Positions 9,547 through 19,931 of a stretch of 64,000 nt of DNA are shown piece after piece. Below the pieces are notes generated by a model, which saw only the letters and a program-made list of their open reading frames with translations, made no database searches and was not told where the DNA came from. Source of the stretch: an uncultured cyanobacterium (GTDB taxonomy: Bacteria; Cyanobacteriota; Cyanobacteriia; Cyanobacteriales; CAWCAG01); contig CAWCAG010000003.1 of NCBI GenBank assembly GCA_963793425.1, forward strand, positions 1 through 64,000, written 5' to 3'. Every line of letters begins with the position of its first letter. The first letter of the stretch is position 1. The position numbers and the translations under genes were made by a program.

Positions 9547-10384
9547 CACCTCATTTCGAGCCGCGTATGGAACCTTTTTTTGATACACTTCTAACCAAAG
9601 AGATATCTTTCGTAGAGGGAGAAACAGTTGAGTTTGCTGAGTAGCGAACAATTAAGCTAATGTATTCTATGCCTTAGTTGAACAAACCGCAATAGGAAAG
9701 TCTCAGAAAAAGGGAGTAATTGGGAGTATTTTAGAGGTAAGTTTTGGCTAGCAAAGTAAGTCAATATAAGTAAAAACAAAGCAACAATAAAATTAAGAAT
9801 AATCAAAAAACAATTAGAGTAATAAAGATAGATGTAGAAGGGCTTAAAAGAAGTAAAAGAAAGTTCAAAAAAGCCAGAAACCAGACAGAGAAAGAGAAGT
9901 AGATCAACAATTTACAGAAAGTAAAATAAAGCAACAGAAAGTCGTAAAAGTGTGAGTAAACAATCTCGTAAAAGTGAAGATAAAAAAGAGAAAAAAAGAG
10001 AAAATAGAAAAAACCAACGACCACAAAGAAAATAATTAATAAATACAAAGAAACCTTGAAACTCTTGTCTGACAAAGCATAAAAGGATTTAGAAGAAGAA
10101 ATACAAAGAGAGAAATAATAACAAAGACATATAATATAGTAAAAAGAATAAATTGTCAAATCAGCAAGTAAAGTAAAATGTGAGCAAAGCACAAAGACAG
10201 CTAGTAAAATAGAAAAATAAATTCATAAATCGAGAACAAAATAACCTTTATTTTGTAACTAGTTCAGAGATAAAATAACTAGTAACGATGTAGAAATAAG
10301 ATACATTAGTAATAACTAAAAAGAAAATGTGAGGGTGCAATAAGAACATCAATATTCTTCAAATAGCATCAGGGGAAAAGAAAG

Positions 10385-11133
10385 ATGAATTGGGTAACAG
10401 AAGAACTTAAGTATGCAGACTTAGGGGACACAAGGAGAAACAAACGGTTAGTAAAAATAGTAGAAGACCTAGCAGATCAACCTAACGTCAGCGTCATTTC
10501 AGTTATCAGTTATCAGTTATCAGTTATCAGTTGGGGCTAATAGGGCAGAAAGTATGGGCTAGAGAGAAAAAGCATCGTAGCTTAGAAAAAGAAGGACATA
10601 TAAAGGACATAGAGAAGCGGGAGTCTCAACGCTGGATAGAAAGCCTAGAAAAAAGCCAAGAAGCATTGCCAGAAGGAGTAAAAGGAATAACAGTCGCAGA
10701 TAGAGAAGCAGACATACATAAGCTTCTGGTCAGGCATAAACAATTAGGAGCAGACTTCATCATTAGAGCTTGCCAGAATAGGCGAAGCATAGAACTAATC
10801 AATAGAAAAGGAAGAAAACAACCACTATGGGACGCAGTACGAGAGCTTCCCAGAAAAGGGAAAATAACTATCAAACTACAGAGAACGCCAAAAAGGAAAA
10901 AAGTCAGGACAGCAGAACTGTCTATAAGGTATGGAACAGTACCATTAAGGCCACCAGAGTCAGCATCAGCAGAAGAAAAAAAAGAAAAGCTCACAACTCA
11001 AGTAATACTGGCAGAAGAAGAAAATCCGCCACCGGGAGAAGAGCCAGTAGTGTGGCTATTACTAACAAGTTTAGAAGTAAACAGCTTCTCCCGAAGCGAG
11101 AAAATCTTAGAACTGTACTCTTACCGTTGGTTA
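10385..11133 (+). pseudogene. IS4/Tn5-type transposase, internally deleted and truncated
   Basis: MNWVTEELKYADLGDTRRNKRL (Tn5-type DNA-binding N-term), then a (TTATCAG)n tract, then VADREADI, WLLLTS and YSYRW; cut by ISAzo13. Confidence 0.88.
10497..10532. repeat. Heptamer tandem repeat (TTATCAG) about 5 copies, STRR-like
   Basis: TTTCAGTTATCAGTTATCAGTTATCAGTTATCAGTT. Confidence 0.9.
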
Positions 11134-12258
11134 GAGAGAGCCACAAAAAGAATGATCCAGTTTAAGCTAGGAGAATTAGGGGTGAAAAAAGTGGATGAAG
11201 AAACTAAGCGAAAGTATAAAAGCTCTTTACATAAAAACGGCAACGCAACTAAAAGGTAGTGCAAGAAGACAATTTATGGCAGCAGTAGTGAAAGAATTAG
11301 GTGTAGGGGGACAAAGTTTAGCAGAAAGAGAATTGAAGTGGAATCGACGAACAATTCGTAAAGGAATGAAGGAATTAACCAGTGGCGAAGAAATTAAGGA
11401 TGGTTATGAACGTAGTGGACGCAAACGAGTAGAAGAGAAACTGCCGCAATTGCTCGAAGATATAGAAGCCTTGGTAGAGCCACAAACACAAACAGACCTA
11501 AGTTTCTTGAGTACAAGATTATATACTCGTCTGAGTGCAGTACAGGTGCGTCGTCAGTTAATCAAACACAAAGGCTATACCGAAGAAGAATTACCGAGTG
11601 TAGAGCAGTAATCAAGATTGGGGAATTTGACAGAGGAGGTAAAACCAGAGTCCCGACAATAGCTCTAGACCATGACTTTACCCCCACTACAACAATAACT
11701 CCCTATGGTATTTTTTTGCCTCAATACCAGGAGTTGTACTTGTTCTTTGTCAGCTCCAAACTGACCGCAGATTGTATTGTGGATTTGCTCTGGTTGTGGT
11801 GGTCAATGGTTAAAGACCGCTTTCGAGATATCGATAAATTGGTATTAAACCAGGACAATGGCCCAGAAAACCATTCCCGTCGGACTCAGTTTCTCCATCG
11901 AATTGTGGAGTTTGCTTGTCAGTCTCAACTCCAGGTTAGCTTGGCTTACTATCCTCCTTATCACAGCAAATATAATCCCGTCGAGCGTGCCTTTGGCTGG
12001 TTAGAGCAGCATTGGAATGGTAGCTTACTTGACAGCGTTGAAACGGTGCTACGCTTTGCTGAAAACTTAACTTTTCAAGGGCAGCAACCTGTCGTCCGGC
12101 TCGTGGAGAAAGTTTATCATACTGGAGTTAAATTAACTCAGCAGGCTATGTCCGAGTTGGAGAAACAAGTTCAGAGATTTTCCTCTTTGCCCAAGTGGTT
12201 TGTCGATATCGTCGGTAAACCTACTTGATTATTGGATCATCCTTTTTGTGGTCTTCTC
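11134..12258 (+). mobile_element. ISAzo13-family IS, internally deleted
   Basis: Imperfect TIRs GAGAGAGCCACAAAAAGAATGATCCA / TGGATCATCTTTTTTGTGGTCTTCTC, TTA on both flanks. Confidence 0.85.
11195..12228 (+). pseudogene. ISAzo13 transposase in two fragments (11195-11611, 11716-12228)
   Basis: RRQFMAAVVKELGVGGQSLAERELKW, QDNGPEN, YYPPYHSKYNPVER; middle part missing. Confidence 0.88.
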
Positions 12259-12525
12259 TTAGAGCTTTGATCTCGGACTTAGCCGGAGTTGATTTCTTTA
12301 GAGGGAATAACAGGAGATTTGAACATAAATTCTGATGTCTTTTGAAACACACAATACCAAGATAATATCCTAAGATACCCTATCTTTCGCCCTGTCTTCT
12401 ATGTTGCTTCCTGAAAAAGTAGTAGTGATTTGATGTTATATTGGTTTTAGCAATCCTCATATTGAGGAAAACCCAGAAGCTGGCAACAACTTCCGGGCTT
12501 CATTGAACCTCAGATTAATGATATA

Positions 12526-12560
12526 CTAAAAGGCTTATTTTGATAAATAAGCTTTTTTAG
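12526..12560. terminator. Bidirectional terminator-like hairpin
   Basis: CTAAAAGGCTTATTT-TGAT-AAATAAGCTTTTTTAG downstream of the DUF4870 gene. Confidence 0.6.
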
Positions 12561-12607
12561 TATTTAGTATTTAGTCTTTAGTTTTGAGTTCTTGATTTAG
12601 AAGAGTA

Positions 12608-13078
12608 TCAACCCGAATTTCTCTTTAAAAAGCGAATTGTTAATGGGTAACGATAAAACTGTCCGCTACTAGCTTTTACTGCGGCAAAAATGGCTAAAAC
12701 AAACTGTAGTAATCCGATAATAACTCCCAAGGCAACTAGCCCAAAAATGCCAAATGTGCCGAAGAATAAAGCAATTAAACCACCATCACTACCCCCAGCG
12801 ATCGCACCAGCAAAAATTAAAATAAACAAGGCTGCGAAAAATACTATCGTCAAGACAATCCCATAAATAGTCATCGAAATTTGGAAATTTAGCGATTCTC
12901 TTCCGTGGGCATCAATAAACTCATCTTCGTCTTTCTTAATTAACCAGACAATCAACGGGCCAATGATATTAGTGAAGGCAAAGGGCGGCAAACCAACAAA
13001 TGCTAGGAGCAAGCCGACAAGTGAGACTAAATGGCATAACATTGCCCAATTATGTACTTCTGGACGTAGAGATTTCAC
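12608..13078 (-). CDS. DUF4870-family membrane protein
   Basis: WAMLCHL, GPLIVWLIKKD, HGRESLNFQIS, YRYPLTIR. Confidence 0.88.
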   Translation of the reverse strand: MKSLRPEVHNWAMLCHLVSLVGLLLAFVGLPPFAFTNIIGPLIVWLIKKDEDEFIDAHGRESLNFQISMTIYGIVLTIVFFAALFILIFAGAIAGGSDGGLIALFFGTFGIFGLVALGVIIGLLQFVLAIFAAVKASSGQFYRYPLTIRFLKRNSG

Positions 13079-13170
13079 GAGCGCTTACCTCACATTTTAG
13101 CTATGAATCAATATTAAGCGATCACGAAGATTGATTAGAATGGCTATATTATGTAAACTCTGTCCTAACT

Positions 13171-13224
13171 ATGCCCTCTCCATTCCCTGGCATGAACCCC
13201 TACTTAGAGAATCCTAACCTTTAA
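13171..13224 (+). pseudogene. DUF4058-family N-terminal remnant
   Basis: MPSPFPGMNPYLENPNL then stop; matches the characteristic DUF4058 start as I recall it. Confidence 0.65.
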
Positions 13225-13256
13225 AATCTTAGCATTATTGCGATCGTGTCTCCTAC

Positions 13257-13523
13257 CAGGGCTAAATTTAGCGAAGCTGCTATAAAGGGCTGTTTGTCGC
13301 AAAAGCATTGATATATAAGGGTTTCAGAGCCGAAGATTTTGTATATCTTTCTTAATGGTATACACGTAGAGAATAGCTACAGAGCAGATATATCAGTAGT
13401 TAGAGCAATCGAGCAATAAAATGAAGAGGAAGCCTTTCATGACGAGTTAGAGCAGGCTTCAAACGAGGGTAAGCATTACTTGCCCAGATGTTTCCATACC
13501 CAAGTTCTAGCATCTGCGATCGC
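13257..13523 (+). repeat. ~265 bp direct repeat, copy 2
   Basis: Matches 9282-9546. Confidence 0.9.
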
Positions 13524-13600
13524 GGCTTAAGTTCGCATTACGATCACATTTTCAGTCCAAATCCCTATCTTGCACAATTGTCGCTAGATTATTAGACTTA

Positions 13601-14628
13601 TAGCAATTCCACGACTTGTGAGGTACAGTTATAGTGAAAATATCTAATTAGTAAAGTATCGACGATGAAACCTTATTCATGGGACTTTAGACAGAAAATA
13701 ATAGAAGTACATGAGAAAGAGAATATCTCCATTAGAAAACTAGCTGAACGTTTTTGTGTAGCCAAAAGCTTTGTGCAGAAATTGCTCAAACAATATAGAG
13801 AGACAGGAGATATTAGTCCCAAACAATCTGGTGGCAATCCCAAACCAAAACTAAATGCAGAGCAGATAGTTATCTTAGTAGAAATAATAGAAGCAAATAA
13901 TGATGCAACTCTATTAGAACTGTGTGATTTGCTCTTAGAAAAGACTCAAATTAGAGTAAGTAAATCAACCATGGGAAAAATAACTCAAAAGTTAAATTAC
14001 AGTGTCAAAAAAAACACTATATGCAGCAGAAAAAGAAAGTGAAAGAGTACTGCAAAAGCGTGTAGAGTATTGGGAGCAACTGAGAGATATAAAAGTTGAA
14101 GACCTGGTATTCATAGATGAGAGTGGAGTGAATCTCGCTATGGTGAGACTTTATGCAAGAGCTTTAAGAGGAAAAAGAGCTAGAGGAAAAAAGCCCCAAA
14201 AAAGAGGTAAAAATGTGTCAATGATTAGTGCTTTATCTCTGAAAAAAGTTCTAGCATCAATAAATATATATGGAGGTGTAAATGGGGTAACATTTGAAGG
14301 TTTTGTAGTGAACTTATTAATACCAGAGCTGTGGGAGAATGCTTGTGTAGTCATGGACAATGCCAAAATTCATCTGGGAGAAATGGTGAGAGAAGCTATA
14401 GAACAAGCAGGAGCCAAACTGATTTATCTTCCTCCTTATTCTCCTGAATTTTCACCGATTGAGAACTTTTGGTCGAAAGTCAAAAGTATCTTAAAAAAAC
14501 TTGGAGCAAGAACTTATAAAGATTTAATTGAGGGGATTAGTGAAGCTATGCTTCAAGTTACCAACGAAAATATTCGCAACTGGTTTACCCACTGCTGCTA
14601 CTGTACCTCATGAGTCCGAGAAACGCTA
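13601..14628 (+). mobile_element. IS630-family element
   Basis: TA flanks (13599-600, 14629-30); imperfect TIRs TAGC..TGAGGTACAG / CTGTACCTCA..GCTA. Confidence 0.92.
13665..14613 (+). CDS. IS630 transposase, programmed frameshift (orfA 13665-14042, orfB 14002-14613)
   Basis: HTH orfA; DDE orfB with FIDESG, VMDNA, YLPPYSPEFSPIE; A-tract at ~14007. Confidence 0.9.
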
Positions 14629-14643
14629 TACATTAAAACAAAT

Positions 14644-15021
14644 ATGGAAAAATTAGAATTATATAAACAAAAAGTAGGCAATTTAAAACGCTACCAACTA
14701 GTGGGGATTTACTTAGATTCCTTCTTGTCAAGTCTTAATCTTGAGTTTACTTATGGATTGCCAAAAGAAGACAAAATATTCCGATTTACAAATATCCTAG
14801 GTTTTGCTATTTCAAAAGTACCAGAAGATGACGAAGGATGTTTTTCAATTTATGAAGTTTCTATAGATATTTTCGATAGAACTAATAAGAATATCATTCT
14901 TCTAAAAAATGTTGAAATTAAGAAAAGAAACCACGAACTTTTTCACTTTTCTGTGGATGGAGGAGCTAGAGTTGAAGTCATTTTCGGCTATTTACACTTT
15001 TTTGAAGCTCAAGATATCTGA
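14644..15021 (+). CDS. Hypothetical protein, possible orphan immunity protein
   Basis: 125 aa, AT-rich, beta-strand-rich, isolated between two IS elements. Confidence 0.5.
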   Translation: MEKLELYKQKVGNLKRYQLVGIYLDSFLSSLNLEFTYGLPKEDKIFRFTNILGFAISKVPEDDEGCFSIYEVSIDIFDRTNKNIILLKNVEIKKRNHELFHFSVDGGARVEVIFGYLHFFEAQDI

Positions 15022-15034
15022 TGTTCAAAGAATG

Positions 15035-15471
15035 CTATGCCTTAGTTGAACAAACCTCAACGTGAAGGTATCAGAAAAAGGTAGTAATAGAGAGTAATTG
15101 AGAGGTGATTTTTAGCTAGCAAAGTAAGTCAAAATAAGTAAAAACAAAGCAACAATAAAATTAAGAATAATCAAAAAACAATTAGAGTAATAAAGATAGA
15201 TGTAGAAGGGCTTAAAAGAAGTAAAAGAAAGTTCAAAAAAGCCAGAAACCAGACAGAGAAAGAGAAGTAGATCAACAATTTACAGAAAGTAAAATAAAGC
15301 AACAGAAAGTCGTAAAAGCGTGAGTAAATAATCTCGTAAAAGTGAAGATAAAAAAGAGAAAACTAAATTCATAAATCGAGAACAAAATAACCTTTATTTT
15401 GTAACTAGTTCAGAGATAAAATAACTAGTAACGATGTAGAAATAAGATACATTAGTAATAAATAAAAAGAA
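15035..15471 (+). mobile_element. Second, deleted copy of the IS4-like left end (matches 9667-10325)
   Basis: Same terminus and A-rich body with a ~220 bp internal deletion; no transposase. Confidence 0.85.
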
Positions 15472-15625
15472 GGCTTTATTTGTTGATGATGCTCATGGAA
15501 TCCACAATAAAACTTTGTCTGGTCTCAAACGTTTGATTGAGCTAGTTCATCAAAATGGTGGTCTTCTTTCTGTTGTTTTGGCTGGTCATCCTAGGCTCCG
15601 CAATGATTTGTGTCGCCCCAACCTA

Positions 15626-16837
15626 GTAGTCTGTCAAGAAGAAACTGACGGATACAATTTAGTTAACTTGATGCGAGCATCTTCAGTGGTAAATTGCCAA
15701 TCGACTGGAGTTGAAGTTCGATTCCTTCGTTGCTCCCAAGCCTGCACTTCCTGGATTAAAGTCTCCTCAAAAGGAATACGCCGATTAAGACATTGCCTGT
15801 TTAAAACACTCAATTCAATTTCAGCCATATTTAACCAACTACCATGTTTAGGAGTATAGTAAAACTCTAATTTGTCTAGTATTCGGCGAGCTTCACAAGG
15901 GCAAAATGCTTTGTACAATGAGGCTTTGACATGAGTATTTAGGTTATCTTGAACCACTCGAATTTTGATAGCCTCTGGGTAACATTCATCCACTAAGTAT
16001 TTCATTTGTTGAGCATAATCGATGCTGGTACGTTGGTCAGTTACCTCAACGTGTCTCCAAGCTTTTAAAGGTTCAAAAAACATGAATAAATTTCTCACTC
16101 CTTCTCGTTGGTATTGATAATCAAAGCGTTCAGGTTTTCCAGGTTCAGCAGTTAGGGGTTGTCGCGTTTCGGAAATTAATTGTTTAGAGCTTTCGTCAAA
16201 GCAAACTAACGGGTAACAAGGGTCATAGGGGCGGGTATAAAGCTCTAAAACTTCTTCCATCTGACAAACAAACTCTGCATTAGCTTGAGGAGGAATTACC
16301 CAACATTCTTGCAGCCAAGGTTTGATTTCGTTTTTTTTAAGACTTGTCTAACACTTTCATGAGAAATACTTTCCACATATCCTAAAACCACCATTTCGTC
16401 AGCTAGTAATCGTAAAGTCCAACGGCTAGAACCTGTTGGAGATTTCCCACAAGCTATGGCAATTAAATGAGCTTCAGCTTCTCCATCTATCTTTTTTAGT
16501 TTCAAGGAGTTTTTCCGACCAGGACTCAGTGCTTGTTCTAATCCTTCTTCGACAAATCTTTGTCTAACTCTCTCAATGGTTCTCGTACTGATATCCAATG
16601 CTTGGCTAATCATCTGGTCATTCCACCCCCCGTTATCTTGATTAATATCTGCTTTGAGTAAGATACGAGCATGATTAATTTTTCGGGCAGCAGCTTTCCC
16701 TTTTTGGGTTAATTCTTGCAGTGAAAAGCGTTCATCCTCACTCAGAGAGACAATATATTTTTTAGCTGGCATTAATAGCGTAGATTTGGCAAGATTTACA
16801 TCTCACATTATCCGTCATTATTACTTTGACAGACTAC
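15626..16837 (-). mobile_element. IS630-family element, 1212 bp (near-identical to 57731-58942)
   Basis: TIR TAGTCTGTCAA / TTGACAGACTA, TA duplication. Confidence 0.95.
15634..16772 (-). CDS. IS630 transposase (orfA 16296-16772, orfB 15634-16260, frameshift at A-tract)
   Basis: HTH orfA; CFDES, VQDNLNTH, YTPKHGSWLNMAE. Confidence 0.92.
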
Positions 16838-16906
16838 TAGAGGAGATTGGCGCTCGTGCTAGTCTTTTTACTCTAGAAGGTATTCGGGGTCATCAGTCTG
16901 AGTATA

Positions 16907-17082
16907 ATTTGCAGATAATCTGAGCCGAGTTTTCTTGTTTGCAAGCCGAGTTTTCTTATTTGCAAATAATTTGAGCCTATTTGCAGATAATCTGAGTCCA
17001 AACGCGGTCTTATTTGCAAATAATTTGAGCCGAAAACTTCCTTGTTTGTAAGTCCGAGCCGTATTGTTTGCAAGCCGCTACA
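16907..17082. mobile_element. Right end of a Mu/Tn552/Tn5053-like transposon with repeated transposase-binding sites
   Basis: Terminal ACA (minus strand TGTAGCGGCTTGCAAACAA) and about 7 repeats of a TTRTTTGCA-like core; abuts the ExeA remnant. Confidence 0.7.
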
Positions 17083-17253
17083 GTTAACCCTTCAAAGAAA
17101 GTAACTGTAGCTCTTTCTGCTCTAATTGCCTGTTCCACCTTTGACCCTACTAATAATCAACTTCTTCGAGTGCCTCATCTAAAAGCATCCGAACAATATC
17201 TGCTTTACTCGTGCGAGTGTGAACTCCCAAGAGGGAGAGTTTCTCAATCCAAG

Positions 17254-17652
17254 CTAATCTGGAGAATGATCCAGGTTGATGGAGTCCAAGAGTTGCGCCT
17301 CGGTAGCTCCTTTAAGCTTATTGTCTTGAGCAAGAAGTAAATCCACAGCAACTCTAATCAGAGTATTTTCAGTAATTCTTTCCCCTCCTTTTTTTGCTCG
17401 GTTTAACTTTCTGGCTAAGACAGTTAGCTGGTCTAATTGGTCTTCCCTAATTCGAGCTTCCTTACGAACTAAGGTTAGGTATTTGGGTAGCTTAGTAGGA
17501 GTTGGAAACTTTGTAACTCTGTAAGTACCCGACTCTGGCACTCTGTAAACGCCAGATTTAGGTACTTTATTAGTTTGTGATTTCTGCTGTTGTGCTGGGT
17601 CTTTATCGGTTTCGTGTTCAACCAAATCAGTTAGCTTCTTTCTTTTAGCCAT
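17254..17652 (-). CDS. Hypothetical plasmid protein, probable partition/centromere-binding protein
   Basis: Disordered N-term and compact C-term RKEARIREDQ..RITENTLIRVAVDLLL, a type I recall next to parA on cyanobacterial plasmids. Confidence 0.6.
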   Translation of the reverse strand: MAKRKKLTDLVEHETDKDPAQQQKSQTNKVPKSGVYRVPESGTYRVTKFPTPTKLPKYLTLVRKEARIREDQLDQLTVLARKLNRAKKGGERITENTLIRVAVDLLLAQDNKLKGATEAQLLDSINLDHSPD

Positions 17653-17738
17653 TACTTGGGTTTATCACTAACAAAGTTTGTTACTTACAGAGTACCAGAG
17701 AATTTACATTTCCCAGGGGTTAAGAATTAGGAGTAATA

Positions 17739-18937
17739 TAAAATCCGGTTAAACAACCATACTATAATCTTTTTCTCTTGGCCACCAATGATATAAGGTG
17801 AATCCACTCAGCAAATCTTTTTGCGGTAACAAAGCTTGACATCTACCAAAGATCACTTCCTCTAATTCGTTGATATCTTCAAAACTCTTGTTGGCTATCG
17901 CTTCATCAGTTAGAGACCATAGCCTTTCGCTTGGTTGTAACTCTGGGGAGTGAGAGGGCAGTAAGGATAAATGAATCCCCTGCGGCAGTTCCAAATTCTT
18001 ACTGATGTGCCAACCTGCTTGGTCTACAACAAGAATAACTCGCTTGTCTTCTCCGAAGCCAAAATGCTGAGCAAAATCTGCTAGTACAAGATTGAATATT
18101 TCTGTATTGATGTATGGAACAATCCACCAATAATTTTCTCCCGATTCTGGGTGAACAAAGGCGACTACCCACAACCATTGGAAACGCCAATTTACTGATG
18201 CAGTTGGGTTTTCTCCCTCTTCGACCCAAATTCTTCTAATTATGGGTTTGAGTCCGATTCTATGCTCATCTTCACACCAGAGTTCTATTTTACTATTCGG
18301 GTATTCTTTTTTTAGTTGTTTCGCCTCCTGCGAGATTGCTTGGTGCGCGTTCCAGCCGCCGTACAACGACGGCTGGGTCGCATCCGCTTTTTTTCCACTC
18401 ATGATGTTCAACTTCATCACTTTTGCGATGATGAGGACGTGGACGGCGCAAGCGATATCCTAATCCTTTGAGGTATTCCCATCCTCTTTGAGGATGAACT
18501 TGATGTCCCAGTAACTCACTCATCCACATTGCTACTTTCGGCCCGCTCCATACTCCTCCATCTTCTGGAGCTTGTTGCAAGGCTTGCCATAATAGCGCCT
18601 GTTGATGGTCATCAAGCAGAGGCTTTTTTCCCTGATTCTCTGCTCGTTTATCCCCGATTGCTTCAGAGCCTTGGCGATTGTAACTGCGGACTAGTTCATA
18701 AATCCAATTGAGACTATAGCCTGTTATCTGGGCAACCTCTGATGTTTTTCTTCCTTCAGATAATAGCCAGATGGTTTGATAGTGACGCGCTTGTGTCGGA
18801 TGAGTTGCTTGAGTGTATCCCCGTTTTAGTTGCTCTATGCTTAGGTGAGGTTCTATAGTTAGACTTCTGGGCATTACTTTAAATTAGCAAAACTTACATT
18901 CCCCTTCACTATACCATGGCTATTCTACCGGATTTTA
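17739..18937 (-). mobile_element. IS630-family element carrying a 50-nt insert
   Basis: TIR TAAAATCCGGT / ACCGGATTTTA with TA flanks. Confidence 0.92.
17749..18874 (-). pseudogene. IS630 transposase (orfA 18293-18874, orfB 17749-18420) with disrupted frameshift window
   Basis: WCEDEHRIG, VDQAGWH, LPSHSPELQPSE; insert at 18338-18387. Confidence 0.8.
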
Positions 18938-18940
18938 TAT

Positions 18941-19166
18941 GAATGGAAGATTCACTGTGTTCAGTTTGCGCCCAACGACCCCACGCAAAATCCCATTGAA
19001 GATGCTTGGTTGCAAGGAAAGACTTGGTTGCGGAGGATGTCAGGCTTGAAGCCCTGTTTTTCTGCTCTGCAAGCTCTCTTTGAGCAGTTCTTTACCCTCG
19101 ATATTTTTGATTTTCCCAAACTGCATATGTATGGATGCTTTTCGTGAATCAAATAAGATTACTATA
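18941..19166 (+). pseudogene. C-terminal remnant of another IS630-type transposase with probable right end
   Basis: EWKIHCVQFAPNDPTQNPIEDAWLQGK...PKLHMYGCFS stop, then AAATAAGATTACTATA. Confidence 0.75.
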
Positions 19167-19931
19167 GTTACCATAGTATTGAAAATACTTTTCGCTTGAA
19201 ATGACCGCAAACCCTTGCGGTATAGCAGTTTGCTATTTATGATTTAACAAGTATAACCTTATAACTAGTTTTTCCGCTTTTCTAACTAGTTATCTGTAAC
19301 AAATTACTAGTTGGATTAGTGGTTGTTGGAGTCTTGCTTCTAAAACAGTCTAGAAGGTATTGAAACTATCAAGAGTATAGAACCTAATCTTGTCCAAGTC
19401 AACTGCTTTAAATCGCCTCATAAATGCCAATGAGGAAATCTATCTTGATGATAGGAGTTGATGTATACTTCACGCCTTTAGTTACAAAACTAACTCTAAA
19501 TATTTGCTCGGATGCAGTGAAGTTATTACTGTAATTGCATTTCGCACACTGTATCCATTGCGATCACAACCGATGCTAAATTAGAGTAATGAGTAAATCA
19601 GAAGATACTTGAAGTACTTTCCAATATAGCTATAAACTACTGTATATCAGTGCTTTGCATATTTACTAAACTTCAAGTAGTGACTCGATATGTATAACGA
19701 GTTGTCTCAGAGTCTCACTAGTCAGTAGACAAACTACAAAGGTTTAACTTTTGAGGCGTAGGTGCATCTACAAAAATAGAGATCATAGTCTCGCTCAATT
19801 AACCATCCTCGATTTTTCCTCAACTATAGGCAGCATAGTTTTGATGCCGACGTGAATATATTAGCCTAATTGTTCGCTACTCAGCAAACTCAACTGTTTC
19901 TCCCTCAAAGCATAGGTTGTTTGAACGGATT

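Larger units (their letters stand above)
9667..11133 (+). mobile_element. Decayed IS4-family (IS50/Tn5-like) element with a long A-rich left region
   Basis: Left end CTATGCCTTAGTTGAACAAA shared with 15035; transposase fragments 10385-11133. Confidence 0.75.
15473..16897 (+). pseudogene. ExeA/TniB-like AAA ATPase remnant interrupted by IS630
   Basis: ALFVDDAH (Walker B) ... VVLAGHPRLRNDLCRPNL | IS | EEIGARASLFTLEGIRGHQ; frame is restored by removing the IS and one TA. Confidence 0.8.

Noticed and set aside
9803..10192. 129 aa Phe/Leu-rich 'membrane protein'
   Set aside because: Artefact of the complement of an A-rich IS region; not preserved in the second copy
11131..12261. TTA flanks as proof of a simple ISAzo13 insertion into the IS4 transposase
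   Set aside because: Sequence right of 12261 does not continue the transposase (LEL then stop), so a later deletion or recombination is required
15515..15859. 114 aa ORF
   Set aside because: Chimera of the ExeA fragment and antisense IS630 sequence
16873..17073. 66 aa repeat peptide, or a mini-CRISPR array
   Set aside because: Repeats are irregular with no unique spacers; better explained as transposon-end binding sites
19170..19930. Replication origin or res site in a non-coding stretch with imperfect palindromes
   Set aside because: No iterons and no adjacent rep or resolvase gene
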